The notes below the pieces were generated by a model. That model was given only the letters and a program-made list of their open reading frames with translations, was not told where the DNA came from and did no database searches. The position numbers and the translations under genes are program-made. This document shows, piece after piece, positions 47,680-57,308 of a stretch of 64,000 nt of DNA. The DNA is taken from NCBI GenBank assembly GCA_965228895.1, contig OZ245842.1, forward strand, positions 1,824,001-1,888,000, read 5' to 3'. Position 1 is the stretch's first letter, and every line of letters begins with the position of its first letter. The stretch is from Alphaproteobacteria bacterium (lineage in GTDB: Bacteria > Pseudomonadota > Alphaproteobacteria > SP197).

Positions 47680-47693
47680 TTGACTCAAATCAA
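47680..47693. promoter_or_regulatory. FNR/FixK-type box upstream of the YeeE/YedE pair
   Basis: TTGAC-TCAA-ATCAA, 9/10 match to TTGAT-N4-ATCAA, about 52 bp before the start codon. Confidence 0.6.
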
Positions 47694-47715
47694 AGGTGGC
47701 TGGCGATCGGCGAAC

Positions 47716-48201
47716 CTAGGTCAGTTGTTTTTCCATGCGGAAGTTGATCAGCGTCTCGCCGCCACGCACGACCTCCTGGCGTTCTAGGACGGAAAAACCG
47801 TGCTTTTCAAAGACCGGCCGGGCGGTCAGGCTGGCTTCCGTTGTCAGGCATTTCAAGCCACGGGCAAGGGCCTCTTTCTCGACGTGTTGCAGCAGGGCGG
47901 AGGCGATTCCTCGGCGTTGGTGGCCTTTGGCGACAAACAGCATTTCGACATGGCCCTTCGGCGTCAGTTCCGTGAATCCCACGGTGGTTCCAGCAGTTTC
48001 TACGACAAAACAATCGTTAGCGGCGATCCTCTCGGCCCAGACGGCCTCATCGATCGTATCTGGCGCCCAGGCGCGTACCTGATCTTCGGTGTAGTCGGCC
48101 AAGTTCACGGACCGCACGGTGGAGCGAAAGAGCGCGATCAAGGTCGCGACGTTGCCATTGAAAGGCTGAACGTCGAGCGTTTCGTCGCGCGCCGAACTCA
48201 T
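47716..48201 (-). CDS. GNAT family N-acetyltransferase
   Basis: DYTEDQVRAWA, LFV...HQRRGIASALL, EASLTARPVFEKHGF. Confidence 0.9.
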   Translation of the reverse strand: MSSARDETLDVQPFNGNVATLIALFRSTVRSVNLADYTEDQVRAWAPDTIDEAVWAERIAANDCFVVETAGTTVGFTELTPKGHVEMLFVAKGHQRRGIASALLQHVEKEALARGLKCLTTEASLTARPVFEKHGFSVLERQEVVRGGETLINFRMEKQLT

Positions 48202-48376
48202 GGCTGCCTTGTCGCGCGGCGGTAAAGAAACGGATCAAGCATCAGGCATGCCGAAAAGGTTTCGAGGCCAGGTTCATCGGACGTTACCGCCGGCATGCCG
48301 TCACGTCGATCACAACGACAAACGGCCCCGCCGGTATTGAGCGAGGCCGCATGCCGATTACGAGGTGGAACACCAG

Positions 48377-48931
48377 TTATTGCGGATGGACGATCCCGTG
48401 GGGATTGTAGTCGGGGTAATCGGCGTGGCGCGAAATGTCGGCGCCACCTTCGGCGAGGTCTTCCTTAAGGCCGGGCCAGTTCTCGTGGGCGTTGCCGATC
48501 CGGTCGTCGGCTTCCTCGATGAACGCGACCTTGGTGTCGACGTCCCAATTCAGGTAGAGCTTGCCGTCCTGGATCGACCAGCCGTCGATCACATCGACCT
48601 CGGCAATGTAGTCTTCCGATGCCGCGTAGGAGCACCAGCCGCCATGCTGTGGTGCATAGGCTTCGGGGTCGGCCGTGAACGTGTCGCGGTTCTCGGCGGA
48701 CGCGAAATGCCAGGTCGCGCCTTCCCACTCCGCGCTATAGGCGGCATCGCCCTTGGTCGCGTTGCCGGATGTGAAGTAGGCGACGGTGTCATAGCCGTCG
48801 ATTGCGACGCCGTCCGGCGTCGTGTTGACGTATTGATTCGTCTCGGCATGAGCCGTGACGGAAAATGCGATGACAGTCGCAGCAGTGAGCGCCGCGGCCG
48901 AGCCACGCGCCCAGTTTAGAACACCTAACAT
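48377..48931 (-). CDS. Periplasmic YHS domain protein
   Basis: Signal peptide; AIDGYDTVAYF, WHFASAENRDTF..DPEAYAPQHGGWC, DGKLYLN. Confidence 0.85.
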   Translation of the reverse strand: MLGVLNWARGSAAALTAATVIAFSVTAHAETNQYVNTTPDGVAIDGYDTVAYFTSGNATKGDAAYSAEWEGATWHFASAENRDTFTADPEAYAPQHGGWCSYAASEDYIAEVDVIDGWSIQDGKLYLNWDVDTKVAFIEEADDRIGNAHENWPGLKEDLAEGGADISRHADYPDYNPHGIVHPQ

Positions 48932-49059
48932 GCTTTGCAGTCCCCAATGGCCTGAGTGAAGGTTCAAGCCACCCGATCAGTTTTTAGATAGGGGGGTTGC
49001 GTGGGACCTGCCATCACAAGGTGGCGGAAAGTGCTCACGAAAATGCGAGCGCTGTTGGT

Positions 49060-49554
49060 TCATGGCAAGACGGGCGGCAGTTGATCGCCGGTACACTGCG
49101 CAATTTCGACGCCGTGCCCTGATCCCATGCGTGTGACCTGATAGGTGCACGTTGCGGTGAATCCCTCCCACTTGCCGGTGCCGCCATCATAGGTATAGGT
49201 GCCGGTTCCCGGCGCGGCGGCCTCGTCCTTGCCGCGCGCAACGGTGCTATAGAGTTTGTCGCCGTCGCTGTCGGTTGTGACACAGCTCAGAGTGACGGCG
49301 GTGCCCGCGGCATCGGCTTCGATCATGCCGGCGCATTCGAAACTGCCGCCGGGAACGGTTGTGCCGCCCGCGCTGACGGTGTTGGCGCCGGTCGCATAGT
49401 AGCTCATGACCTGGCGGCCCTCGGCCAATTCCACGGCATTGATATCGCCGACGGTGATAAGAACTTCCTCCCAACTGGCCGCATGTGCGCCGGTTGCCAT
49501 GGCCGATGCAGCCAGCATGGCGACGATCGAGCCGAAAAGCAGGTGTCGTCTCAT
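49060..49554 (-). CDS. Hypothetical secreted beta-rich protein
   Basis: Signal peptide (..GAHA), four Cys, DSDGDK and GGTGKWEG motifs; GAGGGGG RBS. Confidence 0.72.
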   Translation of the reverse strand: MRRHLLFGSIVAMLAASAMATGAHAASWEEVLITVGDINAVELAEGRQVMSYYATGANTVSAGGTTVPGGSFECAGMIEADAAGTAVTLSCVTTDSDGDKLYSTVARGKDEAAAPGTGTYTYDGGTGKWEGFTATCTYQVTRMGSGHGVEIAQCTGDQLPPVLP

Positions 49555-49639
49555 GGTTCTTCCCCCTCATTGGTGTCCCAGGTTAGCGCCAACACAGGCG
49601 TTTGCCATCGCTCGACACGCAGATGTGACGCCGCCGCGG

Positions 49640-49653
49640 TTGATCCACGTCAA
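49640..49653. promoter_or_regulatory. FNR/FixK-type box upstream of hemN
   Basis: TTGAT-CCAC-GTCAA, 34 bp before the hemN ATG; hemN is a classical FNR/FixK target. Confidence 0.75.
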
Positions 49654-49687
49654 CGCGGGAGATGCCCGGATCGGCTAGAAGTCGGCC

Positions 49688-51010
49688 ATGACGAAGGATC
49701 TGATCGCACGCTACGGTCGCCGGCTGCCACGCTATACCAGCTATCCCACGGCACCCCACTTCCACGACGGCGTCGACGGTGCGACGTACGGCGCATGGCT
49801 CGACGATCTGCCGACAGAGGCGCCTTTGTCGCTCTATCTGCATGTACCCTTTTGCGACAGCCTGTGCTGGTACTGTGGTTGCCACACCAAGGTGGTCAAC
49901 CGCTACGATCCTATCGCCGGTTATCTCACCGACCTGATCGCCGAGATCACGCTGGTCGCCGACCGGCTCGATACGCGCCACCCCGTAACCCATCTCCACT
50001 TCGGTGGTGGATCGCCGACCATGTTGCGGCCTGACGACCTGGTCCTCCTGGGCGATGTCTTGCACGAGCGCTTCGACCTTCAAGACAACGCGGAAATCGC
50101 GATTGAGATCGATCCGCGCGGCCTAGCACCAGACACCGTCGCGGCCTTGCGTACGATCGGTGTCAACCGGGTCAGCCTGGGGCTGCAGGACATCAATCTG
50201 GCGGTGCAGACGGCAATCAATCGGTTTCAGCCACCGGCGACGAACTTCGACGCGGTCGGGTTGGTTCGTGACGCCGGCATTGAGGGATTGAATCTCGATC
50301 TGATGTACGGCCTGCCGCATCAAACGGTCGAGCGTGTCTTGGCGACGGTCGATCACGCCCTCGACCTGAAACCCGACCGCATTGCCTTGTTCGGCTACGC
50401 CCATGTACCCGCCATGAAACGGCATCAGCGCTTGATTCCGGAGGTGGCTTTGCCGGATGCCGCCGCGCGTCTTGCCCAGTCTGATGCCGCCGCGCGTCGA
50501 TTGGTTGAGGCGGGCTATCGCCGCATAGGGTTCGATCACTTCGCCCGGCCGGGTGATTCCATGGCCAAGGCAGTGGCGGGGCGTGATCTCTATCGCAACT
50601 TCCAGGGCTACAGCACGGACGCTTCGGAAACGCTGGTCGGTTTCGGCGCATCGGCGATCGGGACCTTGCGGCAAGGTTATGTGCAGAATGCCGCCGATGT
50701 CGGAGCCTGGCGCGATTGTGTCCGACGCGGCGAGCTGCCGACCGCGCGCGGGGTTGCGTTGACCGATGACGACCGGCGCCGGCGCGACGTCATCAATGAC
50801 CTGATGTGCCACCTTTCGGCCGATCTCTCGCCCGGCGAGTTCGAAACAGAACGCCAGATGCTGGCGCCGTTCGTGTCTGACGCATTGGTCAGGCTTGAGG
50901 GCGATGCGGTCGGCGTCACCGAACGCGGACGTCCTTTGGTGCGCAATATCGCGTCGGTCTTCGATGCCTATCTCGACGACTCCGGCACACGGCACGCCCA
51001 AGCCATCTAG
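49688..51010 (+). CDS. hemN: Oxygen-independent coproporphyrinogen III oxidase
   Basis: PRYTSYPTA, LYLHVPFCDSLCWYCGC, GGGSPT, DLMYGLP, RNFQGY. Confidence 0.96.
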   Translation: MTKDLIARYGRRLPRYTSYPTAPHFHDGVDGATYGAWLDDLPTEAPLSLYLHVPFCDSLCWYCGCHTKVVNRYDPIAGYLTDLIAEITLVADRLDTRHPVTHLHFGGGSPTMLRPDDLVLLGDVLHERFDLQDNAEIAIEIDPRGLAPDTVAALRTIGVNRVSLGLQDINLAVQTAINRFQPPATNFDAVGLVRDAGIEGLNLDLMYGLPHQTVERVLATVDHALDLKPDRIALFGYAHVPAMKRHQRLIPEVALPDAAARLAQSDAAARRLVEAGYRRIGFDHFARPGDSMAKAVAGRDLYRNFQGYSTDASETLVGFGASAIGTLRQGYVQNAADVGAWRDCVRRGELPTARGVALTDDDRRRRDVINDLMCHLSADLSPGEFETERQMLAPFVSDALVRLEGDAVGVTERGRPLVRNIASVFDAYLDDSGTRHAQAI

Positions 51011-51099
51011 AACATGAAACTCCGGTCCGGGCTCTGTTTGATCGGGTCCGGTCGAGCGCGTATCCGTGGCTGCGAGAAATCGTTCGGGAGAATACTGTC

Positions 51100-51483
51100 A
51101 TGGAACAACGCAGCATCAACGCACCGGATGCACCGGGCGCCGCCGGCGGCTATGCCCAGGCGCGCGAGGTTAGGGGTGCCAGCCGCACGCTCTATATCAG
51201 CGGCCAGATACCTGTAAGCGCCGACGGCACGACGCCAGACGGCTTTGTCGAACAGGCACGCACCGTCTGGGCCAACATCGAGGCCCAGCTAAGGGCCGCG
51301 GACATGGGCCTGGAGAACATCGTCAAACACACGACATTCCTTGCTCACCGCCGGTACCGTGACGATAATCGCATCGTCAGAAACGAGGTGCTGGGCGATC
51401 TGGACCCCGCCCTGACGGTGATCATCGCCGACATCTTCGATGAAGACTGGCTGCTTGAGATCGAAGCCATCGCCGAAGCATAG
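51100..51483 (+). CDS. RidA/YjgF family protein
   Basis: YAQA, LYISGQIP, WANI, LLEIEAIA. Confidence 0.9.
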   Translation: MEQRSINAPDAPGAAGGYAQAREVRGASRTLYISGQIPVSADGTTPDGFVEQARTVWANIEAQLRAADMGLENIVKHTTFLAHRRYRDDNRIVRNEVLGDLDPALTVIIADIFDEDWLLEIEAIAEA

Positions 51484-51504
51484 TCCGCTGAGCGGGAGGA
51501 AGTC

Positions 51505-52392
51505 GTGACAACGTCCCACGCCGAGCAGCTTCGCGAGGAAGGCTACGCCATCATCCGCGGCTTCGTGCCGCCTGACGAGATCGCTGACATCGAACGGGCC
51601 GTCGATGACGTTTATGCCGAAGGCATGACGCACCCGACGACCTTCCGTCACGGCAACCTGAAGTTCGAGCTGCTGAATGATCCGGCCGCTGGCAAGAAGC
51701 TTGTTTTGCAGGCCTATTGGTTTGCCTGGATCAACCGGGTGCTGGAAGAGCAGCGTCGCCACCCGCGCTACCTCGACGCACTCGAACCGATGCTGGGGCG
51801 TGACATCAAGCACATCTCCAACCAGATCCACTGGAAACATCCGGGCGCCAAATACACGTTCTACCGCTACCACCAGGATGTCCGGTTTCGTGAGAACAAG
51901 GCGGTCTATCTGGGCCTCGACGAACTCGAGTCGTTGTGGATCACCACCGGCCTTGCGGTGAACGCCCAGGATGCCTCAAACGGCGCGCTGCAGGTTTTTC
52001 CTGGCAGCCACAAGCGCGGCTATCTCGGTCTCTCCGAAGGCGGCACCATCATGGCCGGCGAGACGCCCGAGCAGCACCTAATCGATGCCGGCCTGGACCC
52101 CGCCGACATGGTGCAGTGCGAGCTGGAGCCCGGCGACCTCGTGATGTGGACGCTCTATACGGTGCACGGCTCGCCGCCCAACACGTCGGACCGCGAACGC
52201 AAGTTCATCCTGAACGGCTATGCCCGCGCGTCGGCCTCGCCGGAGCGCGGCGAATGGGCGTTCCGCGACGGTGTTTCAACGCCGCTTGGCAACGAACAGC
52301 AGGTCTGCAAATTCGAGCGGCTGCGCGAGGAACCGGACCCCGTCTACATCGACGACACGTGGACGGACGAGGCGCGTCAGGCGCAATCGTAG
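51505..52392 (+). CDS. Phytanoyl-CoA dioxygenase (PhyH) family Fe(II)/2OG enzyme
   Basis: EEGYAIIRG, YHQD, NGALQVFPGSH, VHGSPPNTSDRER. Confidence 0.9.
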   Translation: MTTSHAEQLREEGYAIIRGFVPPDEIADIERAVDDVYAEGMTHPTTFRHGNLKFELLNDPAAGKKLVLQAYWFAWINRVLEEQRRHPRYLDALEPMLGRDIKHISNQIHWKHPGAKYTFYRYHQDVRFRENKAVYLGLDELESLWITTGLAVNAQDASNGALQVFPGSHKRGYLGLSEGGTIMAGETPEQHLIDAGLDPADMVQCELEPGDLVMWTLYTVHGSPPNTSDRERKFILNGYARASASPERGEWAFRDGVSTPLGNEQQVCKFERLREEPDPVYIDDTWTDEARQAQS

Positions 52393-52421
52393 ACGCCGCG
52401 AGTCCAAAGCCCGTTGTGTGA

Positions 52422-52832
52422 TCAGTCTTCCACCTGGTCGTAACCGTCGCCGAGGAACTGCAGCAAACACACGCCATGGCCAAAGGGATCGCGCAGCGTC
52501 GCGAGTTTGCCCCATTGGCGCGTGCTGATGTCGCCACGTTGGGTCGCGCCCGCCTCCAGAGCTTTCTCTAGAGCCACATCCATATCGTCGACCAGGACGT
52601 CGAGATGTACGGGCGTCCAGTGGCTCACATAATCTCGGGCGATCGATGTCCCGTGTACGGCAATCGACCCTTGCTCCTGTTCGATCAGGTAGAGCTTGGT
52701 GTCTGCCGCCAAAAGTTCAGCGACGGTTCCATCGAACAGCATGCGCGAGAACGCGAAACCAAGGCCAGCCTCATAAAAGTGCCTTGCGGCCTTCATGTCC
52801 GGTACATCAATGTTAACGATGACGGACACCAT
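52422..52832 (-). CDS. VOC/glyoxalase family protein
   Basis: NIDVPD, HWTPVHLDV, WGKLATLRDPFGHG. Confidence 0.88.
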   Translation of the reverse strand: MVSVIVNIDVPDMKAARHFYEAGLGFAFSRMLFDGTVAELLAADTKLYLIEQEQGSIAVHGTSIARDYVSHWTPVHLDVLVDDMDVALEKALEAGATQRGDISTRQWGKLATLRDPFGHGVCLLQFLGDGYDQVED

Positions 52833-52874
52833 GATGGCCGGTCTTCCTCAATTCAATGTCCCACAGGAAGCTCT

Positions 52875-54263
52875 CTAGCTCGCCTGCTCCAGGAGCTTTT
52901 CCGCCAACGCCCATTTCTGCTTCGGCGACATCTTCTTGATTTCGTTGTCGATCGTGCGCTGGTTGACCATCTGGTTCCACAGGTCCAGCGCGTCGAAGCC
53001 CAAAAGGCCCGCCTTGCCGATGAAGTTGCGGATCACCTCGTTGGTCGGCGCCATCAGCCAGCCGGCCTTGCCGTCGCGCAGGTAGCGCTCCAGACCCAGG
53101 CCCGCCTTGTAGCCGGTGCCGCCGGAGGCGTGCAGCATCTTGTCGCCGACCTCGGAGACGTTCGCGGCGGCGGTGTACTTGGCCTGCCAGCTCCAGGCGG
53201 CGGTATCGGCGCGCGGGCAGTTTGTGACATCAGCATGGATCGACCAGTCGCAGCCGTTCGTGATGCCGTCCATCAGGCGGCAGACCTCGTAGTTCAGCAT
53301 ACGGCTGGCATTGGTCGCGATGATGGCTTCGCCGACGTAATCCTGGATCGTCGGGTAGTCGCAGACGCGCAAGCCGACATCGACGTGCTTTTTGCGCGTC
53401 GTGTGTTTCTTGACGATGTCGATCATGCCCAAGGCGATGCCGTTCCAGCAGGCCGCCGTGCCGAACAGGAAAAAGGGGTCGGTTGCTTCCTCGTTTGACG
53501 CCGCGCCGTCGCCGACCGGGCCGACCAAGCGATCGGCAGGCAGGGCGACGTTGTCGATTTCGATCGGGCCCGATTGGTTGCCCTTCAACCCCATACCGTC
53601 CCAAGATCCGGGATGAGCCTTGATCTCGTCGCCCATGACGAGCCAGGTCGAAAAGTTCGCGTAGTCGCCGTCGAAATCGGGACTGGTCGTCTGGGCGATG
53701 TACCAGTCGGCGAACCCGCCCGATGTCGTCCACGAGGCTTTCTTCGAGAGCCGCCAGCCGTCGCCGTCCTTCTCGGCCTTTGACGAAATCAGGAACCAGA
53801 CATGGCTACCGGTCGCGGGGTCTGACAGCGACAACGTGCCGACCAGGCACTCCTTGTCGAGCCGGCGCATGAGGTCCTGGATCGCCGCGTTGTCGTGGTG
53901 GCGCAGCATGGCGCCGGCAACCGCCGCGCAGTGCATGACGTAACACATCGCCGTCGAGGCGCAGCCGTAACGCGCGATGGTCTCGACCACCATGGCGGTG
54001 GCGACGTGGTTCTCACCAAGGCCGCCGAGCGCCTTCGGAACGTTGAGGCCGAGCAGGCCCATGCCCGCAAGCGCCTCAAAGTTTTTGCGTGGGAAGATGA
54101 ACCCCTGGTCGCTCTCGATGGCGTTGGCGCGCAAGGTCGTGCGGCATAACTCGATCAGCCTGTCGCGAAGTCCTTTCTGGGCATCGCTCAGCAGCCAGTC
54201 GGGATCGAAATCCGATGTCAGGCCGCGATAGCCATTTTCGTCCCACATCTCGTCGGCGCTCAT
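52875..54263 (-). CDS. Acyl-CoA dehydrogenase family flavoprotein
   Basis: LNVPKALGGLG, MCYVMH, KASWTTSGG, WDGMGLKG, GGTGY...LERYLRD. Confidence 0.9.
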   Translation of the reverse strand: MSADEMWDENGYRGLTSDFDPDWLLSDAQKGLRDRLIELCRTTLRANAIESDQGFIFPRKNFEALAGMGLLGLNVPKALGGLGENHVATAMVVETIARYGCASTAMCYVMHCAAVAGAMLRHHDNAAIQDLMRRLDKECLVGTLSLSDPATGSHVWFLISSKAEKDGDGWRLSKKASWTTSGGFADWYIAQTTSPDFDGDYANFSTWLVMGDEIKAHPGSWDGMGLKGNQSGPIEIDNVALPADRLVGPVGDGAASNEEATDPFFLFGTAACWNGIALGMIDIVKKHTTRKKHVDVGLRVCDYPTIQDYVGEAIIATNASRMLNYEVCRLMDGITNGCDWSIHADVTNCPRADTAAWSWQAKYTAAANVSEVGDKMLHASGGTGYKAGLGLERYLRDGKAGWLMAPTNEVIRNFIGKAGLLGFDALDLWNQMVNQRTIDNEIKKMSPKQKWALAEKLLEQAS

Positions 54264-54329
54264 GGTGTCTCCCCGTTCGATCCGGGCGACAGTTGTAGTG
54301 CCTTACGGGAAGGGCGCAAGAGCCTCGTG

Positions 54330-55208
54330 TCAGGTGCGCAGGATGTGCGGCAGACCCATGGCGACGATGCGGTGCAGCAGGCGGCGGTTTGTCGAATCGT
54401 CGGCCGGGCCGATCGGGGCGGCGCAATGCATGGTCGCGGTGTTATCCCACAGCACGAGGTCACCGGGCCGGTAGCGGTGGCGGTAGACGTAGCGCTCATC
54501 AATTGCGTGGTTCTTCAGGCGGCACATCAGGTCGCTGGTCGCCGGCCGGTCGAGCCCCTCGACCTCGATCCACGAACCGGCGGGCGCATAGAGCACGATC
54601 TCGCCGGTCACGCTGTGCGGCCGGGCGATCGGGTGGCGTCCGGGCGGCGGCAGCTCCTTGGCCTGGTCGTCGCTCATCGGGTGGACGGCGAATTCCCAAT
54701 CCTCACGCTCGCCGGCGCCATAGCGGTGGGCACAGATCAAGCCGTCAACTTCATCCTTGGTTGACGAGTCGAGGTCGGCGTAGGCCGCCACAAGATCGGT
54801 GAACATGGTCTCGCCGCCGGTAGCCGGCGCGTGCACGCAATAGAGCATGGTGACGGCATTGCAGTCGGGCGCGTAGGCACGGTCGGTATGCCAGAAGGCC
54901 GCGCCGTTCCGGAACTCGGCCGTCTCCAGAAGGCCGCCGGTGTTGCCGACGGAGATAATGCCGGGATGCCCTTCGACCGCCAGATTGGTGTAAGGCTCCA
55001 GGAAGAGGTCACCCCATCGCTCGCCGAACCGTTCATAGGCGTCGGCGTCTAGCGCCTGGTCGCGAAAGACCAACAGCCGGCGGCGGTAGAGCGCGTCGGT
55101 CAGCACTCCCATGGTGGCATCGTCGATGTCGTGGTTGAGATCCAGGCCGTGGACGATCGCGCCCAGCGGTCCGTCGGTGTCGTCGATCTGTGCTGTGTCG
55201 TGTGTCAT
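54330..55208 (-). CDS. TauD/TfdA family Fe(II)/2OG dioxygenase
   Basis: LLVFRDQ, WHTD, GGETMF, GDLVLWDNTATMH, RLLHR. Confidence 0.92.
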   Translation of the reverse strand: MTHDTAQIDDTDGPLGAIVHGLDLNHDIDDATMGVLTDALYRRRLLVFRDQALDADAYERFGERWGDLFLEPYTNLAVEGHPGIISVGNTGGLLETAEFRNGAAFWHTDRAYAPDCNAVTMLYCVHAPATGGETMFTDLVAAYADLDSSTKDEVDGLICAHRYGAGEREDWEFAVHPMSDDQAKELPPPGRHPIARPHSVTGEIVLYAPAGSWIEVEGLDRPATSDLMCRLKNHAIDERYVYRHRYRPGDLVLWDNTATMHCAAPIGPADDSTNRRLLHRIVAMGLPHILRT

Positions 55209-55224
55209 GGCCTCTTACGTAGGA

Positions 55225-56271
55225 TCAGCGTGCGGCGGCAGCCGCAGATTCCTCCACATAACCGCGAATGATCTCCTGAAGCCGGGCCGTGTGCGTTTCA
55301 AGTTTGGGCGAGAGCATGCCGGTGTCATAGACGCCGGCCTCCAGGTTTCGCTGCACGGTTTGGCAAATGCCGAGATCTTCGTTAACGATCGTCTCGGCCC
55401 AGGCGAAGGCGTCGGCGCGTGCCTGATCGTCCATGCCGCCGTACCAGGCCCAACTGGTCGATCGAAGGCTACCCGGTCCGACCGGATCGATGCGCTCTGC
55501 CTTGAATCCGGTCGGGCCCGCCACCGCCTGAAACCCCGGCATCCGGTAGTACCAGATGCCCCCGCTACCGCGAACGCCGGTGTCCGGCCCGTGGTAGCCG
55601 ACATGAAAGACGACGAGGTGACCATCCTGATAGGACCTGATGTCGGTCTCCGCCTGGTCGACGATCTTGGTCAGGCGCTGATGAACGAAGGGCAGGTGAT
55701 ACCCTTCGACCGTGTTGTCGCAATAGGTCTTCCAGTTCGCCGGACCTTCGACGGTGAAGCTGCCGTGAAAGTCGAGGTCGCCAGTGTCCGGGTAAGCCAT
55801 GGAGAGTTCGGTGACCTCACCCAACCATGTCATGAGGTCGGGCGCGTCCTCGCTCAGGCAGACGAACACCAGCCCGTTCCAAACCGCGACCCGAACCGGG
55901 AACAACCCGAACCCGGAACGTGTAAACCCGTCGGGCTCGCCGAACTTCGGCGTCAGCTTGAGCGCGCCGTCCAGGTCATAGGTCCAGCCGTGATAGGGGC
56001 AGCGCAACGCTGTGCTCTTTCCGGTCTGACCACAGGGAACAAGCGCAGCAGCGCGGTGGCGGCAGACGTTATGAAACCCTTTCAAGCCGCCATTGGCCTG
56101 ACGGACGACGACCAGGGGCCAGCCGGCGACCGTGTCGGCGCGCCAAGAACCCGGGTCCGGCATATCGTGTTCCGGGCCGAACAGGGCCCAGTTGCGGCGA
56201 AAGATCGTCGCACGCTCGCGCTGCAGGATCGCGGGGTCGGTGTACCAGGCCGCTGGGAGCGTCCGTGTCAT
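55225..56271 (-). CDS. Rieske oxygenase alpha subunit (choline monooxygenase-like)
   Basis: NVCRHR...CPYHGW; NWKTYCDNTVEGYHLPFVH; ED. Confidence 0.9.
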   Translation of the reverse strand: MTRTLPAAWYTDPAILQRERATIFRRNWALFGPEHDMPDPGSWRADTVAGWPLVVVRQANGGLKGFHNVCRHRAAALVPCGQTGKSTALRCPYHGWTYDLDGALKLTPKFGEPDGFTRSGFGLFPVRVAVWNGLVFVCLSEDAPDLMTWLGEVTELSMAYPDTGDLDFHGSFTVEGPANWKTYCDNTVEGYHLPFVHQRLTKIVDQAETDIRSYQDGHLVVFHVGYHGPDTGVRGSGGIWYYRMPGFQAVAGPTGFKAERIDPVGPGSLRSTSWAWYGGMDDQARADAFAWAETIVNEDLGICQTVQRNLEAGVYDTGMLSPKLETHTARLQEIIRGYVEESAAAAAR

Positions 56272-56339
56272 GGTGTTGACCTTGCAGGATAGGGCTTCCC
56301 AGAGCAAGGTGCGGGCGAGGTCACAGGAGAACAAGCGAC

Positions 56340-57302
56340 ATGGCGTCGTCCAACAACTTTCAGCCCGTCGATGCGACGATCACGCCGCGGTTCGGCGATA
56401 TCCCGACCTTCATGCGGCTGCCCCATGTAAGGGATCCCGGCGAGGTCGATATCGCGCTGATCGGCGTGCCGTGGGATGGCGGCACGACCAACCGGGCGGG
56501 CGCGCGCCACGGCCCGCGCGAGATCCGCAATCAGTCGAGTTTTATGCGCAAGGTGCATCATGTCAGCCGCATCGCGCCTTACGACATCGCGCGGGTCGCC
56601 GATCTCGGCGATTGCCCGGTCAACCCGATCAACCTGGATGACACGCTTGCCAGGGTCGAGCGTTTCTTCACAAAGGTCCATGACGCCGGCGCGGTGCCGC
56701 TGTCGGCCGGCGGCGATCACCTGATGACGCTGCCGATCTTCCGCGCCATCGCCAAGGACCGGGCGATCGGCATGGTCCATGTCGACGCCCACTCCGACAC
56801 CAACGATCGTTACTTCGGCGAGAACCTCTATACCCACGGCACGCCGTTCCGCCGCGCGGTCGAGGAGGGGCTGCTGGATCCCAAGCGCACGGTCCAGATC
56901 GGCATCCGCGGCTCGATCTACAGTCCCGACGACATGGCGTTTGCCGAAGAGACGGGCATGCGCGTGATCTTCATGGAGGAGTTCTGCGAGCTCGATGTTG
57001 CCGGCACGGTTGCCGAGGCGCGTCGTGTCGTGGGCGAAGGGCCGACCTATATCAGTTTCGATGTCGACGGGCTCGACCCGGTCTATGCGCCGGGCACCGG
57101 CACACCGGAGATCGGCGGCCTGACGACGCGCGAGGCTCAGCATCTGCTGCGCGGGCTTCAGGGCCTCGACCTGATCGGCGGCGACGTCGTCGAGGTCGCG
57201 CCGCCGTTCGATCCCAGCGGCAACACGGCGCTGGTTGGCGCCACCATGATGTTCGAAATCCTGTGCCTGCTGGCCGATTCCCTGGCACAGCGTCGAGGAT
57301 GA
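56340..57302 (+). CDS. Ureohydrolase (agmatinase family), closest to guanidinopropionase GpuA
   Basis: GGDH, DAHSD, SFDVDGLDP; segments GVPWDGGTTNRAGARHGPRE, MRKVHHVSRIAPYD and DTNDRYFG recall Pseudomonas aeruginosa GpuA. Confidence 0.88.
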   Translation: MASSNNFQPVDATITPRFGDIPTFMRLPHVRDPGEVDIALIGVPWDGGTTNRAGARHGPREIRNQSSFMRKVHHVSRIAPYDIARVADLGDCPVNPINLDDTLARVERFFTKVHDAGAVPLSAGGDHLMTLPIFRAIAKDRAIGMVHVDAHSDTNDRYFGENLYTHGTPFRRAVEEGLLDPKRTVQIGIRGSIYSPDDMAFAEETGMRVIFMEEFCELDVAGTVAEARRVVGEGPTYISFDVDGLDPVYAPGTGTPEIGGLTTREAQHLLRGLQGLDLIGGDVVEVAPPFDPSGNTALVGATMMFEILCLLADSLAQRRG

Positions 57303-57308
57303 TAGGCC

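Noticed and set aside
48377-48931. Selenoprotein form of the YHS protein
   Set aside because: The GGWC position is an ordinary Cys codon; no in-frame TGA.
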